A stretch of 64,000 bases of DNA from an uncultured bacterium (GCA_963727525.1 CAVSGO010000003.1:64001-128000), one strand, 5' to 3'. Numbered from the stretch's first letter, positions 38,884-48,874 are shown. Notes: a model not told the origin generated them from the letters alone. Translations and numbers: made by a program.

Positions 38884-39801
38884 TCAGGCGAACAGCAACA
38901 GCACCACCGAGAGCGAGACGAACGACGCCAGGGTCGAGACCACGATGATGGCCGAGGCGAGGGTCGCGTCACTGTCGAGCTGGGTGGCCAGCACGTACAT
39001 GGCGGTGGATGCGGGCATGGCGAAGAAGAGCATGGCGATGAGTCGATCATCGCCCGTCACCCCCAGCGTCCGCAGCAGGACGTAGCCGACCAGCGGCAGG
39101 ACGGCACACTTGAGCACCGTGGCCGTGGACGCCAGGGCCAGGTGGCCCTTCACCACCTCGAAGGTGAGCGACCCGCCGATCGAGAGCAGCGCCAGCGGCA
39201 GCGTGATCGAGGCCGCGAGCCGCAGCGTGCTGGCCACGGCCACCGGCAGCGGCGGCATGACGCGCGCCCACACCATGCCGGCCACGCAGGCGATGATGAG
39301 CGGATTTGTGAGCACAGCCCGCGTCGTGAGCCGTGCCCGGGCGCGCCGGTCGAGCTGGCGAGGTGAGAACCAGATCAGGGTGGCCACGGCGAGGACGTTG
39401 CAAATCGGAATGGCGAGGGACAGCAACTCGCCCAGCCGCCGCACGCCGGCGTCGCCCAGCGCCGTCCCCACCACGGCGATGGCCACGTAGGTGTTGAAGC
39501 GGTACGTCGCCTGCGAGAACGCCCCGGCCGGGTAGTGCCCGATCCCGAAGACGCCAATGACGATCAGACTCAGCACGCACGCCACAAGGAGCGCGCCGAT
39601 TGTCGCCAGCCAGAGATCGATCGGCAGGGCGCCGGCCGTGGGTGTGCCGCCGATCTTGCCGAAGAGCAGGGCCGGAAAGAAGACGTAGTAGATCAGCCGG
39701 TCGCCCGTGCGCAGGAAGGCATCGTTGGTCAGCCCGACGCGCCGCAGGACCGTACCGGCGGCAATCAGGACGAACACGGGCATCAGGTTGTCCAGGATCA
39801 T
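38884..39801 (-). CDS. AEC (auxin efflux carrier) family transporter
   Basis: YYVFFPALLF, RFNTY, NPLIIA, PLALLSIGG, MPAS. Confidence 0.88.
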   Translation of the reverse strand: MILDNLMPVFVLIAAGTVLRRVGLTNDAFLRTGDRLIYYVFFPALLFGKIGGTPTAGALPIDLWLATIGALLVACVLSLIVIGVFGIGHYPAGAFSQATYRFNTYVAIAVVGTALGDAGVRRLGELLSLAIPICNVLAVATLIWFSPRQLDRRARARLTTRAVLTNPLIIACVAGMVWARVMPPLPVAVASTLRLAASITLPLALLSIGGSLTFEVVKGHLALASTATVLKCAVLPLVGYVLLRTLGVTGDDRLIAMLFFAMPASTAMYVLATQLDSDATLASAIIVVSTLASFVSLSVVLLLFA

Positions 39802-39854
39802 GGCTGGAGATTATTCACGAATAGCGATCGCCTGGGTAGCGCAAGTTGCGGTCC

Positions 39855-39893
39855 GGCCCTCGACACAGGCCCTCGGCACAGGCCCTCGACATG
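39855..39893. repeat. 3 x 13-bp tandem repeat GGCCCTCGRCACA
   Basis: GGCCCTCGACACA GGCCCTCGGCACA GGCCCTCGACATG. Confidence 0.85.
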
Positions 39894-39955
39894 GGCTTGT
39901 CCGCGGACCGCGGGTGGCGTAGCCTTGGGACGGTGCCTGTCAGGGAGGAGAGTGC

Positions 39956-40339
39956 GTGGCGTCGCGAGTTCTGATCCTGTTGGTCTTCGCCGCCGTGCAC
40001 CTGGTCACGATCCTGGTCGCCGTGCCGCTGTGGCAGCGTCGTGTACCGCCCAATGGCCTCTACGGGTTGCGAGTGCCGGCGACGTTCGCCGACGAATGGG
40101 TGTGGTACGAGGCCAACGCGCGCAGCGGCCAAGACCTCATGACCATGGGGCTGTGCCTGCTTCTGCTCGCGGTGGGGCTGTTCTTCGTATCGGGCTTCTC
40201 CGACAACGCTTACGCCATCATCAATGCGGTCTTCATGGGTATCGCCGTGTTCGAAGTGCTGGTTCACGGCTGGCGCCGGGCCAACCGGTTGCTTCGCGAG
40301 CGGCGGACGGCAGGCGCATCGCCGGTCGGTCGCGCCTGA
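39956..40339 (+). CDS. SdpI/YfhL-family membrane protein
   Basis: VPPNGLYGLRVPAT..WYEAN, three TM helices. Confidence 0.8.
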   Translation: MASRVLILLVFAAVHLVTILVAVPLWQRRVPPNGLYGLRVPATFADEWVWYEANARSGQDLMTMGLCLLLLAVGLFFVSGFSDNAYAIINAVFMGIAVFEVLVHGWRRANRLLRERRTAGASPVGRA

Positions 40340-40369
40340 GAAGGACGGGGGTGGGCACGGAGATTCCGC

Positions 40370-40801
40370 TCACTCGACTTGCCGCAGCGACAGGACCGTG
40401 GATTCCGCATCGGTGTCGAGAAACAGGTGCTTGCCGCCTCCGGCGATCTTGAACGACGTCACGCCATTGAGCATGGCGAGTACGCGCCGGCTGTTGGAGC
40501 CCGGCGCGCAGCCGGTGGTCTCGCATTCCACGCGCAGGGCGATGGCGCGGCCGCCCGCATGGTACCGGCCCTCGCACTCGTTGCAGTCGGCGCGCACGGC
40601 CACGTGCTCGGCATCGCGAAACTGGACGATGTAATGTTCGGGATCGTGGATCACGATGAGATCGGGGCCGGCGGGATCGATGGACAGCACCTCCCAGGCC
40701 GTGCCGATGAGCGGGTTGTCGGCCGGGTCGGGCCGTGTGCCGGCGCATCCTGCAAACACGCTCAGGCCCGCGAGCGCCACGATGGCGACGACGAACCGCA
40801 T
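40370..40801 (-). CDS. META/HslJ-domain lipoprotein
   Basis: Lipobox FAGC, LIGTAW, ADCN, TTGCAPGS. Confidence 0.75.
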   Translation of the reverse strand: MRFVVAIVALAGLSVFAGCAGTRPDPADNPLIGTAWEVLSIDPAGPDLIVIHDPEHYIVQFRDAEHVAVRADCNECEGRYHAGGRAIALRVECETTGCAPGSNSRRVLAMLNGVTSFKIAGGGKHLFLDTDAESTVLSLRQVE

Positions 40802-40947
40802 GGGGAGCACCACCTTTCGACGAAGAAACTTGTGCGACGAAGCGCTTGCCAGATTACCGATGTCTGCGGATATGATAGGCACGGCCGGCACGCTTGCCGA
40901 GCTGCGCGCAGCATCGCGCGCCCGTTCCCGAATGCGAGGACGCGATC

Positions 40948-41445
40948 ATGACTCCCACCGTGCGGATCTTCGTCACCGGCGGCACCTTCGACAAGGAGTA
41001 CAACGAGCGCGACGGATCTCTCTATTTCAAGGACACGCACCTGCGTGACATGCTCAAGCTGGCGCGTTGCCGTGTGCCGGTGGAGGTGCGCACGTTGATG
41101 ATGGTCGATAGCCTCGACATGGACGACGACGATCGCGATCTCGTTCGGCAGCAGTGCCGCAAGGCCGATGCCGACCGCATCGTGATCACGCACGGTACCG
41201 ATACGATGGCGGTGACGGCGCGTTGCCTGGGCGAGGCGGAACTGCCCGACAAGACCATCGTGCTCACCGGGGCCATGATCCCCTTCGCCTTCGGGTCGTC
41301 CGACGGACTCTTCAACCTGGGCGCCGCCCTGGCCTTTGCCCAGAGCCTTCCCCCCGGCGTGTACGTGGCCATGAACGGGCGCGTCTTCCCCTGGCACAAC
41401 GTGCGCAAGAATCGGGATATCGGGGAGTTCGAGGAGCTTTCCTGA
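40948..41445 (+). CDS. Short L-asparaginase-domain protein
   Basis: TGGTFDK, DSLDM, HGTDTM, VLTGAM, SDGLFNLG. Confidence 0.88.
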   Translation: MTPTVRIFVTGGTFDKEYNERDGSLYFKDTHLRDMLKLARCRVPVEVRTLMMVDSLDMDDDDRDLVRQQCRKADADRIVITHGTDTMAVTARCLGEAELPDKTIVLTGAMIPFAFGSSDGLFNLGAALAFAQSLPPGVYVAMNGRVFPWHNVRKNRDIGEFEELS

Positions 41446-41563
41446 CCGCGGTCGTCAGGCTTTCCTCGCGTTCTGGCCTGCGCCTTGCTTGCCTCGGCCT
41501 GACGTAAGCGTTCATACGCGGCTCAGATCGCGGTTTCCGTCGTTTCAATCGCCGGGGTGATTC

Positions 41564-42526
41564 ATGTGCAAGCCATTGTTTTGCTTGATGTTGGGTGTCG
41601 CTTTGACGGTCTCGCTGATGGGCCAGCCCGTCCTTGCCCAGGACGACAGCGGAGGCGATCTGCAGGGTCTGCTCGAACAGGTAGGGATGGAATACGCCCA
41701 GGCCTACATCGAACCGCTGGTGAATGGTTTCGGGGCCTGTCAGAATAGCGGCCTCTACACCTCGGCCCACATCCCCGTGGCCCGGCTGACGGTGGGCGTC
41801 TCCCTCAAGGTCATGGGGGCGCACATGAGCGCCGACGATCAGGTGTTCCACAGGGAGATCCACGTGGACAACCTGAATGACTATCTCGACCTCAATCCCG
41901 GCGACCCCGGCTACAACCAGTCCGGCACGATCGTGATGGAGGGGCCGACGGCCATCGGCGACGATTCGCGCCAGGGTACGATCACGGGTTATTACAACGG
42001 CGCCGCAGTGCCGTCGCCCACGGAAGGTATCGAGGGGCTCATCAACACGCGCTGGGTTCCGCTCGTGGCGCCCGAGGTGTCCGTGGGCGGCTACCTGGGC
42101 GCGCGGGCCACCGTGCGCTGGTTGCCGGAGATCGGCCTGGGCGACTACGGCAAGACCAAGTACCTCGGCTACGGCCTCCAGTGGAGCCCGAACCAGTACC
42201 TGCCGCGCCTGCCCGTGGACGTGATGGTGGGCTTCTTCAAGCAGCAGATAGATATCGGGACCATCGTCCAGACCGACGCCCACAGCATCTTCGCGGCTGC
42301 GAGCCGCGCCTTCGGCCCGGCGACCGTGTATGGTGGTTTCGCCGCCGAGAAGTCGTCGCTGGAGGTGGACTACATCGAAAAGGCCACCGACACCCACGTG
42401 AACTTCAAGGCCGACGGCAAGATGAAGTTCAGGACCACCCTCGGGGTGTCCCTGCACGTGATCTACGCCGAGGCGAGCTTCGGCTCGATGACCGTGTTCA
42501 GCGCCGGCGTCGGCTTCGGGTTGTAG
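41564..42526 (+). CDS. Outer-membrane beta-barrel protein (DUF6588-like)
   Basis: Signal peptide, AY..PL..GFG...NSG.Y..A, GPTAIG, terminal strand SAGVGFGL. Confidence 0.65.
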   Translation: MCKPLFCLMLGVALTVSLMGQPVLAQDDSGGDLQGLLEQVGMEYAQAYIEPLVNGFGACQNSGLYTSAHIPVARLTVGVSLKVMGAHMSADDQVFHREIHVDNLNDYLDLNPGDPGYNQSGTIVMEGPTAIGDDSRQGTITGYYNGAAVPSPTEGIEGLINTRWVPLVAPEVSVGGYLGARATVRWLPEIGLGDYGKTKYLGYGLQWSPNQYLPRLPVDVMVGFFKQQIDIGTIVQTDAHSIFAAASRAFGPATVYGGFAAEKSSLEVDYIEKATDTHVNFKADGKMKFRTTLGVSLHVIYAEASFGSMTVFSAGVGFGL

Positions 42527-42615
42527 CGCCGTCTTTTATGGCAAGACGACATCAAGACACTCAATGCCAATGAGTTAATAATGTCCAGGCATAATTGTAT
42601 ACGGTATACCGACCT

Positions 42616-44346
42616 CTACCTAAGCTCCACCGTTGCCGCCGTCCGGCCGCACTTCACGCCGTCGTAGGTCACGGTCACCTCGCCGTGGCCGCGCACGATC
42701 CACTCGGCCTCGCGGGCGGCGAAGCCGTCGAGGTGGGTATTGAGGCGCCAGGGGCGGTGTTCAGCCGGCATCACGGTGCCCAGGTACGGGTTCGCGAGCA
42801 GGCCGCCGCTGACGACCTCGACATCCTTGCCCGCGATGGCGAACCGGTCGGAGCGGGTGATGGTGTGGATGCGGGCCTGGGTGGAGAGCGTCGGGATGCC
42901 ACCGGCATTGGCGGCGCGGGCGCGGACACGCCAGAGGCCGCCGCCGAGCGACGTGACCGTGGGCACCGTCACCGTCACGTCCGGGAGCTGTGTGGCGGTC
43001 CAGATCGCGAACATGGCGTTACGGTGCAGGGTCTCGGGCAGCATCCAGCCGGGCGTCATGCGGGTGGTGAAGGGGCGCCAGCCGCCGATCTCGATGTCGC
43101 CGAACTGGGGATGATGGAACGGGTGCCAGTCCTCGAACATCTCGCCGGCCATGAGGTGGTCGTTGAAATCCTGGCGCTCCTCGTAGCCCGGGTGACGCGA
43201 CCACAACGTGTCGTCGGGGCCGTTGGGATCGTCGCGGCGGCCGCGGTAGGCCACCTCGCTGCTCATCGTCAGCTCGTCGGTGAAGCCCATCACGCCCCAC
43301 ACCGCGTACATGAACTCGTCGAAGTCGCCGCTCGTGGAGTAGAGGTCCTGGCCGGAGATCAGGTAGCGGTAGCCGGGCACGGTGCGCTCGCCCTCGCGGC
43401 CGAGCCAGTCCCACACGGCGATGTCCTGCGGCGCGTAGGTGGGTGAGCGGTCGTTGCTGGGGCCGCGCAGGAACTGGCCGCCGTAGTTGTGCAACGTGAA
43501 GGCGAAGCCGATGTTCTCGTGGGCGGTGATGAAGTCGCTGATCGCGCGCACGTTGCTCGCGCTCATCGGGAAGTCGCCGCTGCCCGATTGGACGTAGGGC
43601 GGTTGCCAGCCCGCGCCCCAGTTGCGGTTCATGTCGAGGTAGCCGGGGCCGTCCTCGTTCACCTGGCCATCGCCGTCATTGTCGATGCCCTCGAGGCCCA
43701 GGCGTGTCCACTCGCCCGTCTCGCCCGGCTCCACGCGGAGCATGACGCGCGGGTCGTCGGGCGACGTGCGCCACTGGCCGTTGGGGTCGTGGATGCGCAT
43801 CACCAGGATCATGCCGTCGCCATCGAGATCCTCGGGGCCGTCCTCGTCGAGGAGGCCGTCGTAGTCGTCGTCGTAGGGCACCCGCGCGGTGCGGCCGATC
43901 TGGAAGTTGCCCGGGTCGCTGAAGAAGCGGGCGCGGCCGTCCACGTTCACCGTGGGCACGACGTAGAAGACCACCCGGTCGACGAGTTTCGTGATGCGAG
44001 ACCAGTCGTCGTACCTGTCGAGCAGCAGCCATGCCGTATAGAGGCACACTTCCGTGGCCTGGATCTCGTTGCCGTGGATGGCGCCGTCGAGGTAGAGCGC
44101 GGGTTTGCTCAGCACGTCGCCGGTCTTGCGATTGGCGATCGTCAGACACCATACATCTCGGTTCTCGGCCGACTTGCCGAGCGACTCCAGGTCGGTGAGG
44201 TCGGGGTATGCCGCGTGGAGCTGCTTCAGCGTTGCGGTGACCTCGTCCTGGTCGAAGTAGTGGTCCCAGGCGGGGTGGGGGGCGTCGGCGGCGCGCGCCA
44301 GGGACGCGCACGCGAGCGATGCCAGCAGGATCAGGCGCACCCTCAT
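42616..44346 (-). CDS. M14 zinc carboxypeptidase, secreted
   Basis: IHGNE, NVDGR, DMNRNW, LHNYGG; DxDxDG Ca-loop inserts. Confidence 0.88.
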   Translation of the reverse strand: MRVRLILLASLACASLARAADAPHPAWDHYFDQDEVTATLKQLHAAYPDLTDLESLGKSAENRDVWCLTIANRKTGDVLSKPALYLDGAIHGNEIQATEVCLYTAWLLLDRYDDWSRITKLVDRVVFYVVPTVNVDGRARFFSDPGNFQIGRTARVPYDDDYDGLLDEDGPEDLDGDGMILVMRIHDPNGQWRTSPDDPRVMLRVEPGETGEWTRLGLEGIDNDGDGQVNEDGPGYLDMNRNWGAGWQPPYVQSGSGDFPMSASNVRAISDFITAHENIGFAFTLHNYGGQFLRGPSNDRSPTYAPQDIAVWDWLGREGERTVPGYRYLISGQDLYSTSGDFDEFMYAVWGVMGFTDELTMSSEVAYRGRRDDPNGPDDTLWSRHPGYEERQDFNDHLMAGEMFEDWHPFHHPQFGDIEIGGWRPFTTRMTPGWMLPETLHRNAMFAIWTATQLPDVTVTVPTVTSLGGGLWRVRARAANAGGIPTLSTQARIHTITRSDRFAIAGKDVEVVSGGLLANPYLGTVMPAEHRPWRLNTHLDGFAAREAEWIVRGHGEVTVTYDGVKCGRTAATVELR

Positions 44347-46151
44347 CGTTTCTCTCCTGTCCGGGTGAGCGCCGCGATGCCGGTCGCCTCGCCCAGGCTC
44401 GGTGCCGACGCCGTCACGGAGACCCGCGCACCCGGCTCACCGCGAACCACCCAGCGCACACGCGCGGCGTCGTGGGCCGGAAGCTGGACCACGGTGCGGC
44501 GCGCGGTCGTCGCCAGGGGCGTGGCGCCGGTCAGGGTCACCACCAGGGGGGGCGGCCGGCGGCACACGGCGCCCTGGGCGGTGGGGTAGGGCACGGGGCC
44601 GTCGTTGGCGACGAACGCCGTCACGGCGAAGGTCCCGGCCGCCAGGGGTTCCACCTGCACGGTGACGTCGCCGAGCACGGGCCGCCAGCGCGCCAGGTCG
44701 AGCAGAGCGGGAAGCTGAGCGGCCACGATCGAGTCGGCCAGGGCGGGGGGCGGCGTGCGGCGCGCGCCTGGTTCGGGGCCGCCCACGAGGGCCGACGTGC
44801 CGTCGGGCAGCGTCACGTCCTGCCAGGGGCGCCAGCCCGCACCGCCGTGCCGTGCGGCGAAGGAGCGCAGCGCCGCCATCTCGTTCTGGGCGGGCGTCAG
44901 CGTGCTGTCCAGCGCCGTGGAATCGGGCAACGGGCACGACCACGGATTCACCGCGAAGGCCGGCACGCCGAACTGGTAGTACGCCCACTCGGCCACCGAT
45001 CCCGGTGGCAGCGCCGGCGTGCCGAGGCTCGGGCCGGCGAGGCCCGCGGTCCGCAGGGCTTGCTGGTAGGAGCTGGAGGCTTCGTGCCACCAGACGAGAT
45101 CGCCGGGATCGGGGTACTCCCGCGGCCCCAGATCGAGCAGGCCGCGCACGCGTTGCGGCGGGTAGTCGGGCACCCGGGCCTCGCGTGCCGCGGCGAGCAC
45201 GAAGTCCAGGGGGTACGCCGTCTTGCGGTCGAGCGAGAGCGCGGCCGCCACGCGCGGCGGCAGCATCACCGGTTGATGGCCGCTGGGCGGCGACGGATCC
45301 GGCGCGGGTACGGTGCGTAGGTTGTCGTGCGCGCCAAGCACGATCACGAGGGCGATCTCCGGGTGGGCGAAGGCGTAGGTGAGCACCGCGCGGCTCTCGG
45401 GCTGATCGGCAGGCCAGCGTCCGCCCGCATCCGTCCAGGCCGCGAACCGATGCGGGAAGTTGCGGTCGGGCACCACGCCGCCGGGCGCGTCCTCGTTGGC
45501 GAGGCCGTCGCCGTCGTCGTCGCGACCCTCGATCTCGCGTCGGTAACGCCCGCGCTCGCCGCGTGCCGACGCCGCCTCGCGCGGGAGCTGCGTGACCGGG
45601 TCGACGAGCCAGGTGCCGGTCGGGTCGGCGACGAGCATCGTGGTCACGAGGCCATCGCCGTCGAGATCGTCGGGCGGGTCCTCGCCCTCGGCCCCGTCGC
45701 GGTCGTCGTCCACGGCGGTGCGGTTGCGGCCGTCGACAAGGCGCGGGCGGGCGAAGAAGCGGTCATATCCGTCGGGATCGGCCAGGGGCAGGATGGCCCA
45801 GCGCACGGCCGCGGCCGGTCCCTCGCGGGCGGCGAACACGGCCGCGGCGAGGTCCACCGCCGTGAGCGACGCCAGCGGGTCCGTGCCGCCGGGATCCCCC
45901 ACCACGAGCACGGTGGCCGGGTCGGGGGTGGCCACCGCCGGTTCGATGGTGATCATGCGCAGCTTCTGCCCGCCGGCGGAGAAGCCGATCTCGGCGACGG
46001 CGCCGCGGTCGTCGCGTGCCAGCGTGAGCAGGCGTCCCATGAGTTCGCGCCCGTCGGGATAGGCGCTGCGAGGCGTGGCCCCAGCGCGGGGCGATACGAG
46101 GCAGAGCCCCAGCAACAGGGACACGACGGTCGACGGACCAGGACGGCGCAT
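44343..46151 (-). CDS. M14-like carboxypeptidase paralogue lacking Zn ligands
   Basis: DPDG, PDRNFP, DDLDGDG, GRDDDGDG; the HxxE position reads GGTD. Confidence 0.75.
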   Translation of the reverse strand: MRRPGPSTVVSLLLGLCLVSPRAGATPRSAYPDGRELMGRLLTLARDDRGAVAEIGFSAGGQKLRMITIEPAVATPDPATVLVVGDPGGTDPLASLTAVDLAAAVFAAREGPAAAVRWAILPLADPDGYDRFFARPRLVDGRNRTAVDDDRDGAEGEDPPDDLDGDGLVTTMLVADPTGTWLVDPVTQLPREAASARGERGRYRREIEGRDDDGDGLANEDAPGGVVPDRNFPHRFAAWTDAGGRWPADQPESRAVLTYAFAHPEIALVIVLGAHDNLRTVPAPDPSPPSGHQPVMLPPRVAAALSLDRKTAYPLDFVLAAAREARVPDYPPQRVRGLLDLGPREYPDPGDLVWWHEASSSYQQALRTAGLAGPSLGTPALPPGSVAEWAYYQFGVPAFAVNPWSCPLPDSTALDSTLTPAQNEMAALRSFAARHGGAGWRPWQDVTLPDGTSALVGGPEPGARRTPPPALADSIVAAQLPALLDLARWRPVLGDVTVQVEPLAAGTFAVTAFVANDGPVPYPTAQGAVCRRPPPLVVTLTGATPLATTARRTVVQLPAHDAARVRWVVRGEPGARVSVTASAPSLGEATGIAALTRTGEKR

Positions 46152-46340
46152 CAGGCGGACCTCGCGGGTGCGGGTGACGGGACGGCGACATCGATCATAC
46201 GGGACGCGAGGAAGGCAGGACAAGCTTTGCTCCTTGTGCAGCATCGCTTATGATGAGCACGCCCGCGAAGCGAGGTCCCCTGATCATGCCCATCGAGCAT
46301 GTCCGTTTGCGGCGATCCGGCGGTCCGGCAATCAGCGAGG

Positions 46341-47060
46341 ATGGCGACGATGACGCACCGAAGGCCGATCGCTCTGGCGCCGCTGGTCGTGAAGACCCTG
46401 CTCGCGACAGCCGTGTTCTTGCCGCCCCTGCTCCTGCCGCCCCTGGCGTGCGCGGTGCCGCTCGGTGGCATGGCGAACACGCTGCCGGATACGCTCTCGG
46501 GCGAGCCCGGTAGCGAGGTGATGATCGAGGGCGGTCTGGTCCTGCCTCGCGGGGATCTCGCGGCCGACTTCGAGAGCACGGTGCGGGGATTCGGTGCCCG
46601 TTCCGGCTACCTCGTGGGTGTGCGCTACCGATGGTTCCTCTCCGACGCGGTCGCCATCTCGCCATCGTTCCGGTACATCCGGTACGGCGCCTTCGAGGGT
46701 CTCGTCGACGGTGAGGTGTCGTACAAGATATCGACACGCTCGATCGCCTACATGGTCGATGCCTACTACCACGCCACCGGCAAGCCCCGTCAGGTGCGTC
46801 CGTTCATCGGAGTGGGGGCCGGCGTCGTGCGCAACACCTACACCGAGGACGACCTCGGCACGAAGACCCGTTACGAGGCGTCCGTCAATGCGCTGTGTCT
46901 GCGCACCACCGTCGGCATGCGTGTGCGCGAGCTGTCGCTGAGCCTGGTGATGACGTTCAATCGCTTCCACACGCCGCGCTTCTTCTTCACCGGCGATGCG
47001 GTCGACTACCGCTGGGACAGCATCGCCATCGTCGCCGGCTACTCCCTGCCGCCGTTCTGA
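46341..47060 (+). CDS. OmpA/OmpW-like 8-strand beta-barrel protein
   Basis: Signal-like N-terminus, RPFIGVGAG, terminal aromatic strand. Confidence 0.65.
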   Translation: MATMTHRRPIALAPLVVKTLLATAVFLPPLLLPPLACAVPLGGMANTLPDTLSGEPGSEVMIEGGLVLPRGDLAADFESTVRGFGARSGYLVGVRYRWFLSDAVAISPSFRYIRYGAFEGLVDGEVSYKISTRSIAYMVDAYYHATGKPRQVRPFIGVGAGVVRNTYTEDDLGTKTRYEASVNALCLRTTVGMRVRELSLSLVMTFNRFHTPRFFFTGDAVDYRWDSIAIVAGYSLPPF

Positions 47061-47080
47061 TCGTGCCCGCAGGCACGACG

Positions 47081-47107
47081 AGGGCCGCCCCCGCTGGGGA
47101 CGGCCCT
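47081..47107. terminator. Hairpin between convergent genes
   Basis: AGGGCCG.CCCC-loop-GGGG.CGGCCCT. Confidence 0.5.
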
Positions 47108-47129
47108 GTCTCAATCCGCCAGGAACTGG

Positions 47130-47492
47130 CTACATGATGATCGGCTTGCCTGGCGTACCCGGAGGACCGAGGTCCGGCGTGTACGAGTCGGACTGCGGCG
47201 AGTAGGGACCCTGTCGGTCCTGGGCATCCACGCCAGCCACACGTACGGTGTACGTGGAGCCGACGGTGAGTGTCAGGGTGATGCTGGTCGTGTTGGTGGT
47301 ACCTGCATTGCCGAACGCTCCACCGTCGATGGAGATTTGCACGACGTAGTGATCCACGGGAGATCCCGTGCTGGGCGGAGACCAGGAGGCCGTCGCTTGC
47401 ACGGTCGTCTGTGCGGCTGCGGGCAAGGGACCCATCAGCAACATCATGAGAGCCAGGCCGGCGGCGATGGGGAGCGAGATGTGTTTGCGCAT
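47130..47492 (-). CDS. Small secreted fibronectin type III-domain protein
   Basis: Signal peptide (AAA|Q), WSPP..HYVVQ..YTVRVAGVD..GPYS. Confidence 0.8.
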   Translation of the reverse strand: MRKHISLPIAAGLALMMLLMGPLPAAAQTTVQATASWSPPSTGSPVDHYVVQISIDGGAFGNAGTTNTTSITLTLTVGSTYTVRVAGVDAQDRQGPYSPQSDSYTPDLGPPGTPGKPIIM

Positions 47493-47579
47493 TGTGCTCC
47501 GGTCCTTGACTGCGGTTGGTGTCCCGAGGTTGGCCGGCGCCTGGCGAGTGCCCATTGCCAGCTGTGATTGCCCCCGAAC

Positions 47580-47595
47580 TGCAAGCTCGGTGCCA
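47580..47595 (-). promoter_or_regulatory. sigma54 promoter (-24/-12) for the Fn3 gene
   Basis: TGGCACCGAGCTTGCA matches TGGCAC-N5-TTGCW; AT-rich IHF-like sites just upstream. Confidence 0.75.
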
Positions 47596-47882
47596 TAAGG
47601 GCATCATTAGCGGCAACGGCTTCTGAAAAAATGCAATACGTTGACTGGTAACACGTTGGATGAATGCGCGGGGCCACCGAAATCGATGCTCGCGTTCAAT
47701 CGCGGCAATTCGCCCGACGCCACCGGCAACGCTGCACGACCGCCTGGCGTGATCGGTCGCAGATGGCCATGGTCGCCTGGCGGGATTTGCCTGACGCAAC
47801 GTCGTGACGTTTCATAGTGGGCGGTCTATCGGTCGCGGCCGGTGTCGCGCCGCCCATTCGAAGTCCCCAGCGAGGAGTCACC

Positions 47883-48422
47883 ATGAACGCCGACGTGCGC
47901 AAGCTCTGGCCCGAGCTCGAGTGGATCACCGACGACACGCTGCGCGAGGCCACGGCCCGGACCTGGGAGCTGGCGCTCGAACGCAGCCCGCTCGGCGCCG
48001 CGGATCTCGAGCGTATCCCTTTCACCCTGCTCGTCCCGGATTGCCCCGTGAGCTTCATGGCGCACAAGCGCCTGGTCGTGCACGTCTCGCGGGACGCCGC
48101 CGTGAAGATGCAGGAGTTCCTGGGCGACGCTCTGCCGCTGGACCTCGACACCGTGATCGCCGGTGCCATCCTCGCCGACGTGGGTAAGTTGCTCGAGTAC
48201 GCCGACCAGGGCGGCAAGACGGTGAAGAGCGACACGGGCAAGTACCTGCGGCACCCGTTCACCGGGGTGGCCCTGGCCATGGAAGCCGGTGTACCCGACC
48301 GCGTGTGCCACATCATCGCGGCCCATGCCGGCGAGGGTGATCTCGTCACGCGCAGCGCCGAGGCCTATGTGGTGCACCATGCCGACTTCATGACGTTTCT
48401 GCCGTTCAAGCATCGGTTCTAG
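47883..48422 (+). CDS. HD-superfamily metal-dependent phosphohydrolase
   Basis: IPFTLL, HKR, ILADVGKLLEY, RHPFTG, HIIAAH, HHADF. Confidence 0.8.
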   Translation: MNADVRKLWPELEWITDDTLREATARTWELALERSPLGAADLERIPFTLLVPDCPVSFMAHKRLVVHVSRDAAVKMQEFLGDALPLDLDTVIAGAILADVGKLLEYADQGGKTVKSDTGKYLRHPFTGVALAMEAGVPDRVCHIIAAHAGEGDLVTRSAEAYVVHHADFMTFLPFKHRF

Positions 48423-48561
48423 CGCGAGAGGCCGCGGCCCCCCGCGCGGCGATTCGAGCTTGGCCGATCCCGCAAGTTACGTTACATAGTCGCACAAGTG
48501 CGGCTAGCGAGCGCTCCCTGCAGGCGGGCGCGGGACCCATACACGCCAGGAGGAACGGACG

Positions 48562-48792
48562 ATGGCTGACGCGACCAGCAAGGTTCCGGGAAACGCAGAG
48601 GGCAGCTTCTACGTCGACACCAACTGCATCGACTGCGACCTCTGCCGGCAGACGGCGCCCGAAAACTTCGATCGTAACGAGGACGAGGGCTACAGCTTCG
48701 TGAAGAAGCAGCCGGAATCGGAGGAGGAGGAGCAGGCTTGCCGCGACGCTCTGGAGGAGTGCCCGGTAGAGGCGATCGGCGACGACGGCTAG
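48562..48792 (+). CDS. Monocluster ferredoxin
   Basis: CIDCDLC..AP..CPVEAIG; AGGAGG RBS. Confidence 0.92.
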   Translation: MADATSKVPGNAEGSFYVDTNCIDCDLCRQTAPENFDRNEDEGYSFVKKQPESEEEEQACRDALEECPVEAIGDDG

Positions 48793-48874
48793 GACGCGCT
48801 ACCCTGAGTGGCGAGACCGCCGCCCGCGAGAACACGGCGCCGGGGCCCGGGGGTCCCGGCTTCGTCATTCCGGG

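Noticed and set aside
42584-42611. Possible dif site (GCATAA-TTGTAT)
   Set aside because: The XerD arm (TTATGTTAAAT-like) is missing.
48160-48200. HD protein with AD instead of HD as a sign of pseudogenisation
   Set aside because: The ORF is otherwise intact with the other His/Asp ligands, so this is more likely a subfamily variant.
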